Source of the DNA: Thermoproteota archaeon
GTDB taxonomy: Archaea; Asgardarchaeota; Jordiarchaeia; Jordiarchaeales; Freyrarchaeaceae
DNA length: 64,000 nt
Direction: 5' to 3'
Assembly (NCBI GenBank): GCA_029258835.1
Contig: JAPDJY010000039.1
Span: 32,001 to 96,000 of the forward strand
The notes below the pieces were generated by a model. The model made no database searches, was not told the origin of the DNA, and saw nothing but the letters and a program-made list of their open reading frames with translations. Both the position numbers and the translations under genes were made by a program. Position 1 is the first letter of the stretch; every line of letters begins with the position of its first letter. This document shows positions 61,992 through 64,000 of the stretch, piece by piece.

Positions 61992-64000
61992 TTATCCCTC
62001 GCAGTTCTGCCAGTTTATGCAGAGTTCTTGAGGTCTCCGTTTCGGTCTTCGTATTATAACTGTTGGGAAACCGCATTTTGGACAGGTTTTTCCTGTTGGT
62101 TCTATTATTCCGCTTTGAGGAAGGGGGGCGCTAAAGTTGCATTTATTGTTCCAGTAGTTACTACAACCCACAAACCGTTTGTGGGATTTTCTAGATTTAA
62201 TTATTTTTAGTTCTCCACCGCATATAGGGCATACTCCCAAGACGAAATGTTTACGATTAACTTTTGCCAATGCCTCTTCTAAGGCAGCGCCTATTTCTAA
62301 CTCTTTCCGTTTAAAATTCTCCAGTATAGGAATTAATTTTTCTATGGCGTCTATGAGTACTTCCTGCCTTGACTTTTCCTGAAGTTCTATTTTGCTCATC
62401 TCCTCTTCGAGTTTGCGAGTTAAATTTACGGATAGCACGCTCGGGCAGTAGGTTGAAAGAACGCTTACGACGGAGAAGCCCAAGTCTGTTAGCTCTATCT
62501 GCTTTCCAGTTATATAGTGTCTGGCATAGAGAGTATCTATTATTTCGGCCCTAGTGGCCTTTGTTCCGATCTGGTTTGCTTCCATGAGGTTTAGTAGGCT
62601 CTTTGGGTTATATCTTGGTGGAGGTGCAGTATATCGTTCTTCCAGCTTTACTTCTACAACTTGTATTTCTTGTTCTTCTTGAAGGGAGGGGAATTCTTTA
62701 TCTTCTACTTTAGCATATGGCCCATATGCTTTCTGCCAGCCTGCAACCTTTGTCTTTATCCCCTTTAAATAGAAAATATGTGATGCAACTTTTATCTCTG
62801 CTTTTACGCTTTCTCTGATGGAGGGAGGGCCGAAAATAGCAAGAAAGCGTCGTATGATCAAATCAAAGAGTTTTTCCTCTTCTGATGTCAACTGTTCTTC
62901 AGGTAGGGTGCCTGTGGGATGTATCGGAGGATGGGCGGGGTCATCCTTTTTCCCCTCTGCTGGGGTAAGCGCCTCTCTCGCCAAGATTTCCCTAACTAAA
63001 GAGGCATAATTCCTGTGTTTTTCCAGCCCTTTCAAAATTTCCTTAAGATTTACGGAGGGCGGGAATTTCTGGCTTCCAGTTCTTGGGTAGGAAATTAAAG
63101 CTGAGAGATAAAGTCTTTCAGCTATTCTTAATGTCCTGCTTGGAGTGAAGCCGAAATGAGAGTATGCTTCTGACTGTAGAGTGCCTATATCGAAGGGGTG
63201 AGGTGGATTAAGCGTTCTTTCCGAAAGCGAGATAGCAGTAACAGAGCCAGATTGCCCGCTGCACTCATTAACTACCCTTTCTGCATCCTTTTTTGATTGT
63301 ATTTTACCCTCAGCATAGTGGAGAGGGTATAATGTGCCCTCTATTTTCGCCTGGGCTGAAATTACCCAGTACGGTTTTGGAACAAAGCTTTTTATTTCTC
63401 GCTCCCGCTTGGCTACAAATGAGAGGGTTGGACCTTGAACGCGTCCAGTGCTTAGCGTGTAGTATTTCCCTGTAGAGTGCTTTAGGGAGAGCATCATAGC
63501 TCTAGAGAGGTTTATCCCATAAATCCAATCTATTTCGTGCCGCGCTCTTCCCGCTTCAATCAGCCCCCAGTCGAGAGTTGGGGAAAGAGAATAATATGCT
63601 TTCACCAGCTCATCCCTTGTTAAGGTGGAGAACTTCATTCTTTTCGCTTTAAGAACACTGTCGGGGCCGCACACGTATTTCAAGATGTTATATGCAATTT
63701 GGCTTCCTTCAATGTCAAAATCTGTGGCGGAGATGAATGAATCCGCACCTTCTGCAAGCTTCGAAATTACCTTTATGAACGACTTGGTATTTGACGCATG
63801 CTTATTTACACGGTACGTAGCCACCCATTTTATGTTAAACACGGGATACGCCCAGCCGCTACCCTTCTGGCTAACCGAGAAAAGATGTCCTATAGCTGGT
63901 ACAATTACCAGCTCTCTCCCATCTCTTATTGCTCTATAATAACGTACACCGTCCTTATCATAACTTTTAGGATTCCCCCTTTCATCTAATGCTTTTGCGA
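61992..64000 (-). CDS. topA: Type IA DNA topoisomerase (5' end outside window)
   Basis: Frame open to the window edge ('AIGHLF'); TOPRIM 'ATDFDIEG', 'STGRVQGP', catalytic 'ISYPRT', C-terminal Zn ribbons. Confidence 0.95.
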   Translation of the reverse strand, partial: AKALDERGNPKSYDKDGVRYYRAIRDGRELVIVPAIGHLFSVSQKGSGWAYPVFNIKWVATYRVNKHASNTKSFIKVISKLAEGADSFISATDFDIEGSQIAYNILKYVCGPDSVLKAKRMKFSTLTRDELVKAYYSLSPTLDWGLIEAGRARHEIDWIYGINLSRAMMLSLKHSTGKYYTLSTGRVQGPTLSFVAKREREIKSFVPKPYWVISAQAKIEGTLYPLHYAEGKIQSKKDAERVVNECSGQSGSVTAISLSERTLNPPHPFDIGTLQSEAYSHFGFTPSRTLRIAERLYLSALISYPRTGSQKFPPSVNLKEILKGLEKHRNYASLVREILAREALTPAEGKKDDPAHPPIHPTGTLPEEQLTSEEEKLFDLIIRRFLAIFGPPSIRESVKAEIKVASHIFYLKGIKTKVAGWQKAYGPYAKVEDKEFPSLQEEQEIQVVEVKLEERYTAPPPRYNPKSLLNLMEANQIGTKATRAEIIDTLYARHYITGKQIELTDLGFSVVSVLSTYCPSVLSVNLTRKLEEEMSKIELQEKSRQEVLIDAIEKLIPILENFKRKELEIGAALEEALAKVNRKHFVLGVCPICGGELKIIKSRKSHKRFVGCSNYWNNKCNFSAPLPQSGIIEPTGKTCPKCGFPTVIIRRPKRRPQELCINWQNCEG

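Noticed and set aside
295-63989. Numerous antisense or nested ORFs in the six-frame track (e.g. 1229-1729, 8473-8922, 28159-28629, 52070-52519, 59466-59948)
   Set aside because: They are shadows of well-supported genes on the other strand or frame, with no motifs of their own.
1-64000. CRISPR array, rRNA or prophage
   Set aside because: No regularly spaced repeats, rRNA-like sequence, integrase or viral genes were seen. Additional in-frame (3n) mRNA introns could not be excluded by eye.

Overview
Gene-dense archaeal chromosome segment (about 57 CDSs). Its housekeeping genes include Lsm-rpl37e, tgtA, SufCB, proteasome beta, egsA, aCPSF1, cdc6, pelota, rtcB, dph2-METTL5-csl4-rpoL-TFS, eno, ppsA, atpB and topA. 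A longin/uDENN-like protein and an OST3/6-OSTC-like protein suggest an Asgard or TACK-related lineage (inference). Main result: two conserved protein-coding genes that look frameshifted each carry a tiny insertion that folds into a complete bulge-helix-bulge (BHB) splice motif. These are a GlcF/HdrD-like Fe-S protein (28 nt, 34062-34089) and PEP synthase ppsA (19 nt, 55579-55597). Cutting at the BHB-defined positions restores the reading frame and a conserved motif exactly. The window also has a three-intron tRNA-Ala(GGC), a tRNA-Val(GAC) with a 30/31 intron, and the RtcB ligase gene. Together these point to tRNA-type splicing of mRNAs beyond the known cbf5 case. Also present are a non-autonomous IS607-like tnpB element inserted into the 3' end of eno, a MoxR/DUF58/pseudo-transglutaminase operon, several probable non-canonical start codons, and a decayed 1.6 kb region. 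All calls are from manual reading and motif recognition; no database searches were run.
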